Source: Camelus dromedarius (lineage: Eukaryota). From it: a stretch of 64,000 nucleotides of DNA. Position 1 is the stretch's first letter, and every line of letters begins with the position of its first letter. Made by a program: the position numbers and the translations under genes. The stretch spans positions 91,514,001-91,578,000 of the forward strand of contig NC_087436.1 in assembly GCF_036321535.1 (NCBI RefSeq). Direction: 5' to 3'. Shown in pieces: positions 50,438 through 63,845 of the stretch. A model generated the notes under the pieces. It had not been told where the DNA came from, did no database searches, and saw nothing but the letters and a program-made list of their open reading frames with translations.

Positions 50438-50852
50438 TGTTTTAAATTCTATTCTAAATTAATCTTTCAGGTAGTTTTTTTTTAATGTAATTTTTGTCCT
50501 ATGCAACTGAGAAGACATCGACAAATACTGACACAAAAAATATATTAAGTTTAAAATGCAGATTTTAAAATAGCATGTAGAGTGTAATTCTATTTCCGTG
50601 GAAGATAATTTGTACATACACTATATATACCCAAAGAAAGTCTGGAACTATATCATCTAAATAATGAGTGATCATATGAAAGAAGGTAGAATTCTTTTTT
50701 TTGTTAGGCAATATATTTTTAATATAAAAGTATGACTTTTATGATAAAAGTTTTTAATATTAAAAACAATTCAATGGAGAGCATTTTCAGCAGCTTCACC
50801 AAAGGAATTACAAATGCGTGTTTTTCATTCAAGGTTCCCACTGGCAACCACA

Positions 50853-50886
50853 GGACATGTCAGGGACAACATGTCAGGACATGTCC
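50853..50886. promoter_or_regulatory. p53-family response element (three half-sites)
   Basis: GGACATGTCA (50853-62), 4-bp gap, CAACATGTCA (50867-76) directly abutting GGACATGTCC (50877-86); consensus RRRCWWGYYY. Confidence 0.6.
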
Positions 50887-52754
50887 TCTTTCAGCACATG
50901 GTGAATCTTCAATATGAGGGCAAAGTGATTTATCATCAGTTTCAAAGGGCAACCATTTTTACTTACATTTTTAAACTCTTACTTGATGGATTTCTGATTT
51001 GTATTAAGCTTGAAAATTTCTTCTAGGTCTCGGGCCTGTGGATTTGGGTTAATATGCAGAAATAAATTAAATGCATCACATAGACAGCCATCACAAGATT
51101 ATTTGTTTGTTTTGCCTACATTACTCTGTAGCAGGTGAAATGTCTTGCTCAAAATATCAATATGATCCCAAAATATCAATTAAAAGAGATAAATCATTTT
51201 ATAAAATAAAAGTCAAAGTCATTAAAAATTGTACCAAACCATGGATTGTATGGCATCTCCTTAATTAAGAATACTCTTGAGACACATATTGACATCTAGG
51301 GACACTTTATTCTAGGGAAAGAGTAAATCTCAGATATCAAATCAGTAGTTGGGAATGACAATGCAATTGTAGACTTCTACATTTGTTTGTTATTGGATCT
51401 TTCCCAGGGACTTTGTCTGAGGTCTATGAGATGACACAGTACATATGTAGGCTTAACTAGGAAGGCTTAACAATTTCTGCTACATCTTTTTCTTTGTATT
51501 TGGTAGCCCTCTTTTAACTGTGGGAGCCAGTATTTCTCCATTGTCACAATGGGGGATTTAGTTGCCACTAGCACATTGCCACATCCAGAAATTCAAATGT
51601 TGTGATGCTTCCTCCCTCTACCAGGATGTGGTGCCACCATATTTTGTTCACATAAAGCAGCAACTATGTTTGATAACAATTACTGTTCTGTGAGTTACTC
51701 ATTTTGGAGGGCAGCCAAAAAACTTTATTTAGTTACTCAGTGCTACCACCTCAACCCCATATGAGTTAAGAAACGTAGCATGACTAAAGAGCAAAATGTC
51801 TTCTGGTTGACAATCATTCAGGCAAGTGCTTCAACAGGAATTTTTCTGAAGAGTTCTTACCAAATTTTTGTTTTCTCTCTGTTCTTCAGCCAACATAATA
51901 CAGTGGAATGATAATCACTGCAAAACTGGTCATAGGAACAATGCATTTTTCTTCTTTTTGATTAAAAGATACCTAAGTATCTGATATACATATCTATGTA
52001 TACACACACACTATCAACATCTTTCCTGAGGGAAAAAAATAAATAAATTTTTATATTTTTATAGATATATGTGTGTGTGTGTATATATATATATGTAAAG
52101 ATATATATGAAAGAATCACCTTCTATTAATTTTTGCTTCTCCATTCCAGTATTAGACTAACCCAAAGTAGTAGATAAAAATTAACTTAATAAATGATACC
52201 AGAGGATGTGTATAAATGATATACACAAGATATTCTCAACCTAGAAATATTTATTTCTGTGTAATTTCTCTCTTGCTCTTTTTTTGAGGAAGATTAATTA
52301 CTTAGTATGAGTTAGGCATTATGCTAGATATTGAGAAAGAACGGTGAAAACAATACGATGCCTGAATTAAAAAAGTTCAAAGTCTGTGTGGAAAGTTAAT
52401 CATTTACAACTTAATTACAATAGAATTTAATAAGGGCTACAGTAGAGATGTTAATAGCATATCATGCAAGCATGTGTGATAGAGTAAATTACTCTACTTG
52501 AGGAATTATGGAGGGCTTCATAGAAAAGGAGATATTTAAATACCAAATAATTTGACTCTACCTTAGAACATATTATTTTTCACCTGCTGCATTGCCACCA
52601 TCAGCGTCCTAGATATCATCAAGTGTTCTCGTAGTAGCTCCTTCACTGTTCTCCCTGCCACACTCTGCCACTGGAGTCTTCCTTACTCAGCAAAATGACC
52701 TTCCTGAAAAAAATAAGCCATGCACAAATTTCCCAAATGAGGAAATTAATGTAT

Positions 52755-52810
52755 GTCTCATAGATGCTCAGTATTTGCTGAATGAATGAATGAATGAATG
52801 AATGAACGAA
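52755..52810 (+). mobile_element. L2 tail with (TGAA)n expansion
   Basis: catagatgctcagtatttgctgaatgaatgaatgaatgaatgaatgaa. Confidence 0.8.
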
Positions 52811-53360
52811 TAAGTGGAAATTTACCACTGAGCCAAATAGAGAAAGACATACTAAGCTGATGGAGAGAAATGTAACAGATCATACTTGTGAAAGATGAAG
52901 GTGAAATTTAAAATATTTATCAAATAATGACATAAGCACTGATTGATCTGAACAGACCTCTGATAAGTCAGAATCGATCTCTGACTAGGTCAAATGGACA
53001 TTGACCAAACCATCATATCAGTGAATGCCAGTTGATACCAACCCAGTTGAGAGGAGTAGTATCTGGTGATGATGACACGTTATTGTAGCTGGAGTTTAAG
53101 TACATAAGAGGGACTAGAGGAAGAAGAAACGGAGAAATAGATCGAGTACCAAGTCTAGAGATTATTGTAGAAAGTCGTAAGAGATCTGATTAGTAGCCAT
53201 TATCATCTTATCCAAAAGGCTAATTGATTTTTGACTTTTTAAAAAAGAATTTGCACTATAGTTTCACATATTTAAAATTCTCCAATCAGAAACACAAATT
53301 GGGTAAATTCCTTCTCAGTGGTACAGGTGATTATGGCTTGAAAAGTCATATTTCCTCTGC

Positions 53361-53880
53361 TGTTATAGTTAGAAATTGTTGGATTGACAGTAATAGAAAT
53401 CCAACTTGAAATGAATTCAGCAAAAAGGGAAGTGTTTTTATAGGATACAGGGGTGCTTCGAAGATTTCAAGGACAGAGATGCAGCTGGGTCTCAGAAACA
53501 ATGGAAAACAAGCCACCAAGTCTCTCTGTGTTTCATATTGCTTCTCACTGCTGGTCTACTTCATCTTTCATCCTCAGACAAGCTATTTTCCAGAATAACA
53601 GCAGAAAATAGTGCCACCAAGGTCTCTTGAGTCTATTTCACAGTCTCTTCGAATAAAGAGTCAGAACTCCCAACTCCAAATTTGCATTTCTAGAGAATGT
53701 CATTGACCGGTTCAGGCATATCAGGTTCCTGACCTTGGACCAATTAGGTATAGCCAGAGGAAGTAATCCACGATGGATTGGAACAGGTGTCTGGCTGGAA
53801 AAATCAAATATGTCTAGGAAGCAGGGTCACATTTTATGAGTCCATAATGTGGAACTTGCGATCATAACTTCCCAGAAATG
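53361..53880 (-). mobile_element. MLT1K/L-like MaLR LTR
   Basis: agtaatagaaatccaacttgaaatgaattcagcaaaaaggga...tcaggttcctgaccttggaccaattaggtatagccagagg. Confidence 0.7.
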
Positions 53881-54110
53881 AGTTGACACAGGTATCTGCT
53901 AAAATCGGACAGTAAACTTCTAGGTTTTATTATCAATATCTGGCAAAATGTCTTGCATTTAGTAGATGTTCAATCAGTCCTACCGGATTGATTCAATTGC
54001 TCCTCCACTAACTGCAAATTAGGAGACGACTGGCTGATAACACAAACGTAATGGCTAGAAATATACCGTAATGCTTCATAATAGAAACTTTTGTCATATT
54101 TCCTAGTTTC

Positions 54111-54300
54111 TAATTCTGCATGTTCTTCTTAGTAGATGTGTGATCCTGAGCAAATAACTCACCTCTCTGTAACTTCGTTTTCTCTGCTGTGAAGTGGTCA
54201 TTATATTACTAGGACTTCACAGGTCTGTCGTGAGTACTACATAAGATGAATCGAGAAACAGCTCATAGGCTGCAAGCGTCCAATAAAAGTCAGCAGGCAT
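54111..54300 (+). mobile_element. MIR SINE
   Basis: cttagtagatgtgtgatcctgagcaaataactcacctctctg...acttcacaggtctgtcgtgag. Confidence 0.8.
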
Positions 54301-55469
54301 TACAATTGTTCCTGCATATTTTAGTTTAAAAAAAAATCAATAGAGATTTACTTTTTAAAAATATTGGCTCTTATAAAGTCTTAATAAAATTTTTGCTTTT
54401 GTGACACAATTAAAATGAAAAAGGATAATTTTGACAGCACCAAGTGGATTTTTTTTTTTTTAAAGTCACCTTTGGGATTTGAGGACTCATTTTACTGATT
54501 AGTTTTTTTTTAAATTCACTGACTAGGAAAGTGCAACTTGAACTTCTAAGTGGAAAGACTTGACATGGATCAGGTGATAATATTTTGGCAAGGGGAGTAA
54601 GATCTGTGAACGACTTTGATTTTCAATGCTGCTGCGATTTTTTGTTACTGTTTTTCAGTTGCGTTTTGTTTTGTTTCATCTCTACGCAAATGTTTGTTTG
54701 GGGACCGTTTATGCTGGGGTGCACTATATCTCTCCAGAACTCATTTTCAACTCCTTGCACTTCTTAGCTGAAAGTAATCAGAAAGATCAATAGAAGAAAC
54801 AGTAACTTTTACAAGGAAGAGGTTTTTATGATTCATATCTCCCTTTTCTTTTAGAAGAGGCTATTCCCAAAAGCTATTTGGGGATTTCTATTCTCAGCGC
54901 ACCACCATAAAGTAAACTTTGGGAAAGTTACAAAACCACATATAGTCATTACTTTTTCAGGATCAATAGCTCAAACAGTGCTTCACATTTTCAATGACGG
55001 AAATGATACCCAAATCCTATAATGCTAATACAGTATTGCCCTCCAGGTTAATTGATCCTGGGTATCTACACTTAAATGTTGCTGCATAAAGTATATTGGA
55101 AATTGGATAGACCCAGGGTCGTTGACGTTTTGTCTGGTGGACCTGTATCTGTCTAATTAATCTATCAAGTGTAGTATGGAACATTGTATTATATGTGACC
55201 AGGCAAGAGAGGGCTTTGGGTCATTAGGAAACCACATGTTAAATGAGCACTGCGCTTCCAGAACTCAGGCTTTGATTGAGGAAACAGAGATGAATTTCAA
55301 ATAAGTATCTTGATTGAGACTTACACAGCTTCCAACATGAAAAGGAAGCCCAGGGGGTAGGTAGGGCCCAGGCAAGGACTCACCGATTTGTAAAAGTGAT
55401 GGCACATGATAAGGAAGACATCCTTTGACAATTTTCATTAAATGACTCCCTACGCGTATTTCAAAAAGG

Positions 55470-55890
55470 AAAGGATTTTAAAATGAAATTGGTGCTTACA
55501 AAATTATTGGGAAAATGGGAAACTCTGCAGCTAGCCTTTAAGTTTGCTGCTGGTTTTCAAGGAATCAGAAAACTGTAGGTATTTTCGAACAGCTCTACAG
55601 CCTACACACCTAAGCAGGGAGGGGTTCCCAGGAGAATGCCTCAGATGGCTGCAAAATCACGTGTCTTCTGGAGTCCGTGTATTGCCTGCTGCTGCTTGAA
55701 GAATGATGCCTGCTCTCCTTCCTCCTTTCATATGTCACCTGAGTCCTCTCTTGCTCCAACGTAAGTAGGCACCTTTCTGCCAAGAAAGTGTCAAAATGTA
55801 GTTCCCAAATATCCAGTCCCTATAATGCAGAGGAGTGCAGAGAATATAGTGGAAACGATGCTGAGATGCCAACAGATAACTGACAACACA
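55470..55890 (-). mobile_element. Old ERVL-class LTR (LTR33/LTR50-like)
   Basis: aagaaagtgtcaaaatgtagttccc...gatgctgagatgccaacagataactgacaacaca resembles a reverse old ERVL LTR start. Confidence 0.5.
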
Positions 55891-58800
55891 CAGTTAAGCT
55901 CAAATTTGTTTTATATTCGTAAAGAATTTCTAACAAAGTTGTAATGGGCATCAGACAGATGCTGCTTTGAAGACTGTATCCAGGAGGGACGACTGTTCTC
56001 TCTACCTGTGTCCCCCATCTACGTTGGTAATGGCCTTGGTTGGTTGTGCCATTTTTGTGATGATAAAACCTTTGGTTTTAAATTTGTTACTTATATGGGC
56101 TCATGCCCATATTCCATCTTTCTTTACTTCTATAAATTCATCTTTAAAATGTAAAAAAAAAAATTTATTAGACTATGATGAGGTTTAGTTATCAATGCCT
56201 AGGGAATTCCACAAATAGTGGGTGATGAATAAATTTTGAATTATTTCTGTGAATGTCCTCTTGCTATTTCCCCCATTTATATGTTAGAAATATACAATGG
56301 AGAAATTCAGAATGCAATTGTAAAGTAGAAAACTGGCATGTGGAGTATTTCTGATTTTACTGTTTATTATTTGAATGAGAAAAAAGTAAAGAGGACTCAT
56401 AGAAGAGCAGTGTTCAGTTACCGAGATGTACTGATAGTGTGATTTAAACCACTAATAAAAAACTCAGAGGTGGTCTTAGTGCTTCGTCTGCACTGCCTCC
56501 TATAAACATGGATTCTGTTCTTTACACTCAGACCAGAAAAATTTAGGTCATGATGCTTGTTGGTTTAAAATAAAAGTCCTGCAATAGATGAAGCAGGGGT
56601 GTATTATTAATGCAGAAGTGCACATGTCTGTTCTAGCTCAATAAACGGCTGCCAAGAGAGGAGATTAAGAGGTTGCTATAGAAAAGGCAATTTTCATTTA
56701 GCGGTAGGTCCAACACTAAGTAGACTAAGAGGGAATCAAAGATTAACAACTCCCCCAGATTCACGGGATGATAATGATCTGTAACTCTCGAGACAATAAT
56801 GCATGGTGTGGATACAACATCAGATAGCAGTAGGCAGAAAACACTACAGTGCAGACTGCATTTTATTCTTAGCACATACACAGGCAGTCAGGTTTGAGGT
56901 ATGTTTATACGCTGATAGGATTCCCGCACATGTTTAGGAAATAGATTATTAGAATCAGATCATTGCCTCTGGAAGAGTAAGAATTTAAGCATTTGGATTA
57001 GTCTCATGACAATCGTAACATTCATCATCATTAGTTTATTTTATAAATAGTGTAAGCTTAATGCCTTAGTTTTTCTTGATCTTGATTCTAAATCGGACTG
57101 TGAAATTGCCATGCTATTCTCTGTTTTTCCTTGTTTACATTAGCCTCTTTTAAAAATGTGATACAAAAGTGCATGTGTGCCTATTCTGAAATATCTAATT
57201 AGACTGATACGGGTCTTCTGGGGTTTTTCCTTGTTTGTTTGTTTTGTTGTTTTAATGCGATGAATGAGCACATGTTTGATAACATTATTGGACATATTTG
57301 GCATTATTTAGACTAAACCAGAGCAAAATATAATTCAGTTACTTAGATCTTATTCAACAAGTGTTCATGGCAATTGAGTTGAACAACTCTGAAGAATATA
57401 AAAGTCAGAAGACCTAGAATTTCTTCTCAAAGGTGTACATTTATGCCTGAGTTCCCCTAAATGGAAGGCCCTGATTTGGGTGCATTTAACTCAACTTTTC
57501 AGATGAATTCCTGAATAATAACTTTGACAGAATCATGATTACTTATAAGAAACAGCAGTCAGTAGAGTCTGAAATGCAATGGACTTTCAAGCCTCTCATT
57601 TAAATTACTATCGCAACAAAGGTTCTAAATGTGTATGAGTCCCATCCTTTGATATGCCATTTCACCAAACACTTACCAATTTCCTCATTCTTAAAGGAAT
57701 AACTCCAGCTATCACCTTGGCTGAGTCTTCATTTTAAGTGTATTAACTGTATTATTCTCATTTCCTTCACAAGGAATCTATGTGGGAGATTTATTTCTCT
57801 TTTCTTCCTCTACTCCATAAAGTGACTTCAAGATTTTTTTTTAAATCTTCCTTAAAATAGAAATAGCCATGAGGAAAGTTGTAGCATGTTAATGATACAG
57901 TACTGTAAATCAAATTCTATTGCTAAGAAAGCCATACATAACTTAGATACAAATTGATTTTCCCTTGCTAATTGATTTTTTAAATTAATCTTGAATTTAA
58001 ATACTATGTGTCAAGGACTGAAAATTAATTTGAATGAAACCTTTACAAAGCGTGTATTATGTTTCTTGTTGCCCTATCCCTAATACAAAGCACAAATGTT
58101 CTCAAGTTTGATAGTATTGGTGTCCTAGGAAACATGATTAAAACTAATCAATGAGGAACTATGAAATAATCTTCTGTATATGTTCAAATAATCTGTTCTT
58201 GTTTGATTATGGAGAGTATAATTTTGTCTTGAAGTAATAAGATGGAATATGTGAAGTCCACATTCTTATAAGAAAATAAAACTTTGAACTCTTGGTTGCT
58301 TAACACGTCAAAATTCTAGTTACGAGAATTGATTTAATGGCATAATGCTTGGAGGAATTTATTTTTGTAAGTATCCAAAATTTCATCTTAAGATCAAACT
58401 AGAATAAGAAGAATCTGAGCCTCATTTTTTGGTCCATAATTAATACTCCTTCCAGTGAAATGGGCTTTAAGTTTGTATCTTTGACTAAAATGAAGGACAG
58501 TACGTGTAAGGACACTATTCATACCTGTTGTTGTCAAGAATATCATGCATACTTTATGAGGACCTAATGGCAACGTATGTCTTAGAACTTAACTTGAGGA
58601 AAAAGCTGTTTCTCTTCTAAGCAGTCATTCTTATTTCTTTTTTATTCTGCTGCAAATAATAATAACAAAATTAAGAAAGCCATCATTTTCTTCATTTTCT
58701 AAGTATTAGGCACTATTCTTTGTACCATATATGTAATAATGCAATGAATTTTCACAGAAATCCAAATGAAATAAGTACTATTCTTACCTCTTAGACTACA

Positions 58801-58989
58801 CAGTTTGAGGACTGATTCGTATTAGACCATATTGAAAAAATTAAAACAGCTTTAAACACACATAATACAACAAGGTGAAATAAAAGCAAAAAATAAAATT
58901 AGGGAAAATTTTAAAAATGTTTGACTGCAAAAAGGAAGACAAAATCTTGCTGTATATTCCTGTTCATTTTCAAGAGATGAAGAGAGAGT

Positions 58990-59240
58990 GGCTAGTTATC
59001 AAACTCATTTCACTTTTCTCTTTACTCATGGGGTACACAGCTAACTATGTTTCTCAGCTGCTCTTGAAGTAAGATGTGAATGTAAGAATGAGATTTGACC
59101 AATAAAATGTGAGGAGGCATGAGGTATGGCAACTCAAGCCTGACCCCTCATAGCCTCCCTTCTCATCTTTCGTGTTCCACTTGCCCCAATCTGTTAGCTA
59201 CGTCTTGATGCCCAGGACAACCTAGAAAGTCAAGAATTGT
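58990..59240 (+). mobile_element. MLT1J-like LTR fragment
   Basis: cacagctaactatgtttctcagctgctcttgaagtaagatgtg...gagatttgaccaataaaatgtgag. Confidence 0.65.
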
Positions 59241-60679
59241 GAAAGGACTTTAGGCTCCTTAAAGATTGATGTACAGTGTACAGAAGGGAAAAGAAAATGG
59301 TGCTGAAAATGCTCCATAGATAAACCAACTAGAGGCAAAATCACAGTTATTAAAAGTGATTCTTGAAATTGGAAGGTTCAAAATCACCTGGTCTGGCTAT
59401 TTAGTGGGTGGGTGTTGGGCATAATTTGCGGACACCTTATGAGCACTCAGGAGTAGCAGTGGATGGTCAAGATTTCAGGCAATGCTCAGGATTACTCTTT
59501 CTCTCAATGTGCCTTCTGTTGAATGTTGGGAGTCAGAGATTTTATGTGTTTCTCTTTGATAAATGCACTGGACATATACCATATAGCTTTCAAAGGAAGG
59601 GCAGAGGAAACACTATCTTTGAGCCCTTGAAGTGCTCATTTATTCCAGAGAAACACTGAAATTATATTTCAGCTTAGAGTGTCTAGTGTCTTTTTCAATT
59701 TAAAAGTCACAAAACTGCATGCCTCAGTAACACTGCTCTATTGAAATTAGATACTGTGAAACTTTCAAGTTGAAGGAGATTTTGTGATTGATGGATGCGC
59801 AAAATATCATCTTTCCGTAATGCTCAATCTTTCTTCGTTTGGGAGTAGAATCATTTTAGCAAACACTATGTTCTGCTGGTAACTGTAGGAAGACAAAAAC
59901 AAAACAAAACAAAACTGAACTTAGGATCCCTAAAAGTAGTGATGCATTTTAAAAAATAAACACTTTGCAGGAAAAGAAATCTGTTAGGTTTTCCAGCACC
60001 TCTATAAACAAAAGCAGTATGTAACTGCCCTGATAACAGGTGTGTGTGTGAGTGGGAGAGGGAGAGAGAGAGAGAGGGAGAGAAACACATGCTAAACATA
60101 CTGGTTTATGTGTCTGTAACTGAAGTGGGTACTGAGAGGACATCCCCTATAGTATTTTGTGTTGGTTAAGCCATTTGTCAGAATGATGACCTTACGTGGG
60201 TGATGTATTGCTTTTCTTGGGAAGATGAACTTGGGTACTGACAAAAGTGTGGGTTTTGATAGGCTACGTTATCACTATTTGGGTTTCTTTGGAGAGGTAA
60301 GTAGAAGAATATGAAGTCTACCAAAAAGATGTTTTCTTTAAAAAAAGATCTCTCTCCTCAATTAAAATGTACACATACCAATTCAGGGAAACATCAGGCA
60401 TTCAGAGTTTCAAAGTGAATGATCACTGACAATATAATGTCCTCAAAGTAATGACAGAGAATGACAGAGACAGGTCCATGAGATATATAGATATATACAT
60501 ACACATATATATACAGATATATATGCACACATGTATGTACATACACATTTAAATCTCCATTTTATGATTGGTGATTGCATGGCAAAATTAAAATACAGAA
60601 TGAAACACACATGAACATACATTTATTCTAAAGACGTTTTCAGGACTTGAAAATATTCAGTGTGCTACATGTTGGACAC

Positions 60680-60850
60680 TAGAGGCAAAAAAAAAGACTT
60701 GGGCTTGGGAATTTGAAGACTAGGTGACTCTGAGCTTTGTCACCAGCTATAAGGCTCTCAGAAATCTGCTAAAACTTGTTAAGCCTCAGTTTCTCCATAA
60801 GTCAAGTGGGGCAGGTAGTGCCTCATACATAGGGGTTTTGTATGGTTTCA
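60680..60850 (+). mobile_element. MIR SINE
   Basis: gacttgggcttgggaatttgaagactagg...agcctcagtttctccataagtcaagtggg. Confidence 0.7.
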
Positions 60851-60988
60851 TTTTATATGGTCAGGAGATAGTATTGCATGCCAACTGACTCAAGGGTGAC
60901 CATGAGCCCTAGGGAGGCAGAAATGAGCAAAACAGATAAATTTCACTTCCCTCAAGAGGGTTATGTTCCAACAGTTTAAATGTGGTGA

Positions 60989-61036
<48 letters not shown>
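60989..61036. repeat. (ATAG)12 microsatellite
   Basis: Direct reading. Confidence 0.97.
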
Positions 61037-61112
61037 GATCTCCTTAGCACAAGTGACTGGCACATAATAGTCATTTAGTTTAGTGAAACCTATGATGTTT
61101 TCATTAGCTTTT

Positions 61113-61147
61113 TTTTAATTGAAGTATAGTCAGTTACAGTGTGTCGA
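61113..61147 (-). mobile_element. Ultra-short 5'-truncated L1 (3' terminus only)
   Basis: ttttaattgaagtatagtcagttacagtgtgtcga flanked by TSD tttcattagctttt (61099-61112) / tttcattagccttt (61148-61161). Confidence 0.85.
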
Positions 61148-62360
61148 TTTCATTAGCCTTTAATAAGGATATATCATACAATAAAAAAAATCTGCAAACC
61201 TATGTAACATTGTGAAAAAAAAAAATTTCATTGAGGCAGAGGAGACTTTTTTGTTCAGCCCAGAACAAGCTTCAAGAGTTTAGTTCCTTTTCCAAGTCAA
61301 GACTGTTTTGAAAACACTCAAGTTTGGGTTCCTCGTTGCCCTCCAGCTACAGTTGTGCAAAGGTGTACAGGTGTAAAGTTACCTGAATGAGTGGCATCAG
61401 AAGAAGAGAAATGACCACAGATACAAATGGGAACGCAGATCATCTTCTCTATTTTCCTGTTATGTCTGTATCAAAATCATGTTGTGATACCCTTCTCAAC
61501 ACTGGAGGGAAATGCACATCTTAATTGAGGAGGTAAGAATGATGCCCCATTTGCTCCCACTAGAAGGTTAACAGTTTAACACAGCCATGGCTCTCCTGTA
61601 GGAATTAGCTCAGGTGATGGAGTGTCATCACTCATCATTATGGATGTACACGTCTGGCCTCATTATTCAAGGTGAGATCAAGCTGATCGCTCATTATTAC
61701 TGTAAATCTTGGGTTTCAAATAACAAGTCCTTTATTCTTTGAGGTCTGGTCAAGTTGGAAAGGCCCATTCTGAAATTTAAAAGGCTACACTACATGTAAG
61801 TTATTAGCATTTTAAAAAAGCATTTCAAAAGAGAAGGTGTTTACTCTATACCAAGAAATGTTCAACAAGAAAGCAGAGTTTACATTTAAGAGACAAACTG
61901 CAAACAAACATCCCTGGATAATCAGTAAAGACCACAAGGATCATCCAGCATTTAAAGAGAGTGCGGCAGGCCTATACTAATTTCTGCTGATTGACATCGA
62001 TCACAGTATCACATAACTCTATTGATGCAGTATGAAGATTCAACAGATGCAAATGACCAAGAACGGCAGACTTTTAGGATCTGGTCTGGTGACAAAGGCC
62101 CTTAAGACTAGCCTGCCTGGAAGTTTGCTGTGGGCCTGTTGAGCTTATTTTGTTAAATAAGAATAGTGACATAAAGTTGTGGGTAATCCTGAGCTATATG
62201 TTCTTCGATGTTAGCATTCTTCACTGACAGTAAATTGGATTTTAGAGGGAAGCATTACTGGTTTGTTTTTTTTTTAAGTCTCAAAGGCAAGATTTGCCAT
62301 TTGCCTTTTTAATATTAATAAAGGCAAAGTTGAACATTGAATAACTTTTTGTTCAAGTAG

Positions 62361-62478
62361 CTCATGAGCTCCAGGAACACAAGGACGTATTTGTCTTGGT
62401 GAACCCTCTGTCCCCAGCGCTCAGCCCAGACCCTGATACAGTCAGCACTCACTTAGTGCTTGTTCAATAAATGAATGG
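62361..62478 (+). mobile_element. L2 LINE 3' end
   Basis: atgagctccaggaacacaaggac...gtcttggtgaaccctctgtccccagcgctcagcccagaccctg...aataaatgaatg. Confidence 0.8.
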
Positions 62479-62514
62479 ACAAGTCATTTTTTTAAATAGT
62501 TAAAGCTATCCCAA

Positions 62515-62760
62515 TAATAATTATCACATATTAAATGATTACCACATGCCAGTTACTGTGTAAACATATAAAGGCAATACATTATTAATAAAATTCCCAT
62601 AAAGTAGACACTGTTATTAACCTCATTTTACAAATGAAGATATGGATATGGTGGCCCCAAGGAGTCAAGTATTTTTCCAGTTATATAAAGTAAGTGTTAG
62701 CTCAACAATTCAAACCCAAATAATCTGGTTCTCGATTATGTGCTCCTAAACACTGTACTG
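62515..62760 (-). mobile_element. MIR SINE
   Basis: taccacatgccag...tgttattaacctcattttacaaatgaaga...aattcaaacccaaataatctggttc. Confidence 0.8.
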
Positions 62761-62899
62761 TACACTCTAACTTAGTAGGAATTAATCCATTATTGTCATC
62801 TTCAAGCCAATCTTTCAGTCTTAGTATTTCACAGATTTGGTTTAAACTGTCTTCAAATCTCATTTTTCTCTTCTTTGGTATAAGATATCAAACTGGTGG

Positions 62900-63845
62900 T
62901 CATCGAATTTATATTCTCCACCTACTTATTAATTATCATCCCTACTTGAATGTCTCACAAGTATCTCTAACTCAATAACACAGAAAAATCCTTGATACTT
63001 GGTCTCATAAAAGGCACCAACATCCAGGAAAAGAAACTGGAATTCACCCACGATGCTGCAGTCCCTGTCACTTCCCTCATCCAACCCATCACCAGGTCTT
63101 GAATTCTCTACCCTACACATCCTTTAGCATCTTTCATCTTGTCTGCATTCCAGTGGAAGCCACCATCACCTCTTCCCACTTAATGTGGAGAACCTCCTGT
63201 AAGTGGTTTTGGAGCAATATCTCTTGTCTCTTTTAAAATCTACTATCTTTAGAGCAGCTGAACTGATCTCTGAAAAACAAAGCAAACAAGCAAACAAGTG
63301 CCAAATCTGGTTTTAATATTCTTCTGTTTAAAACCCTTTAGTAGCTTCTCCACACTTTTTAGATTAAGTGCAGGACTCTTAACGTAGCCGAAATATCTCT
63401 GCATAACCTGGTCCTTCCTCTCTGCCCAGCATCATTTCCCAGCTTTCCCTGCGGCTTCCTATCTCACAGCCCTCCTGGATAATCGTCAGTTCCTCAGCTT
63501 CCTTCCACTGAGACACCTTTATACATGGATTCCTGTCTCACTGGAAATTTCTTCTCTTCTCAACTTGACCCTGTCAATACCTACTCACCTATTCACCCTT
63601 CTTGTCCCTGATTATAAGTTACTACCGTAAAAAAATTTCCTCCAAACTCCAGTTTAGATTATGAGCCCCTGTCATACACCCCAATAGAACCCAGTACTTT
63701 TCTTCCAAATTATAATTTTAATTTAATTGTAAGCTTATTTTCTCTACTAAAATGTCAGACACATGAGCACAGAGTCAGACCTTCCTGACTTACGGCCATC
63801 TAACACAGTGCTTGGCTAACAGAGGTGTCCCAAAGATATTTGATA
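62900..63845 (+). mobile_element. L2 LINE 3' portion
   Basis: catccaacccatcaccaggtcttg...cttctgtttaaaaccctttagtagcttctcc...ctactaaaatgtcagacacatgagcacagag...tctaacacagtgcttggc. Confidence 0.8.
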
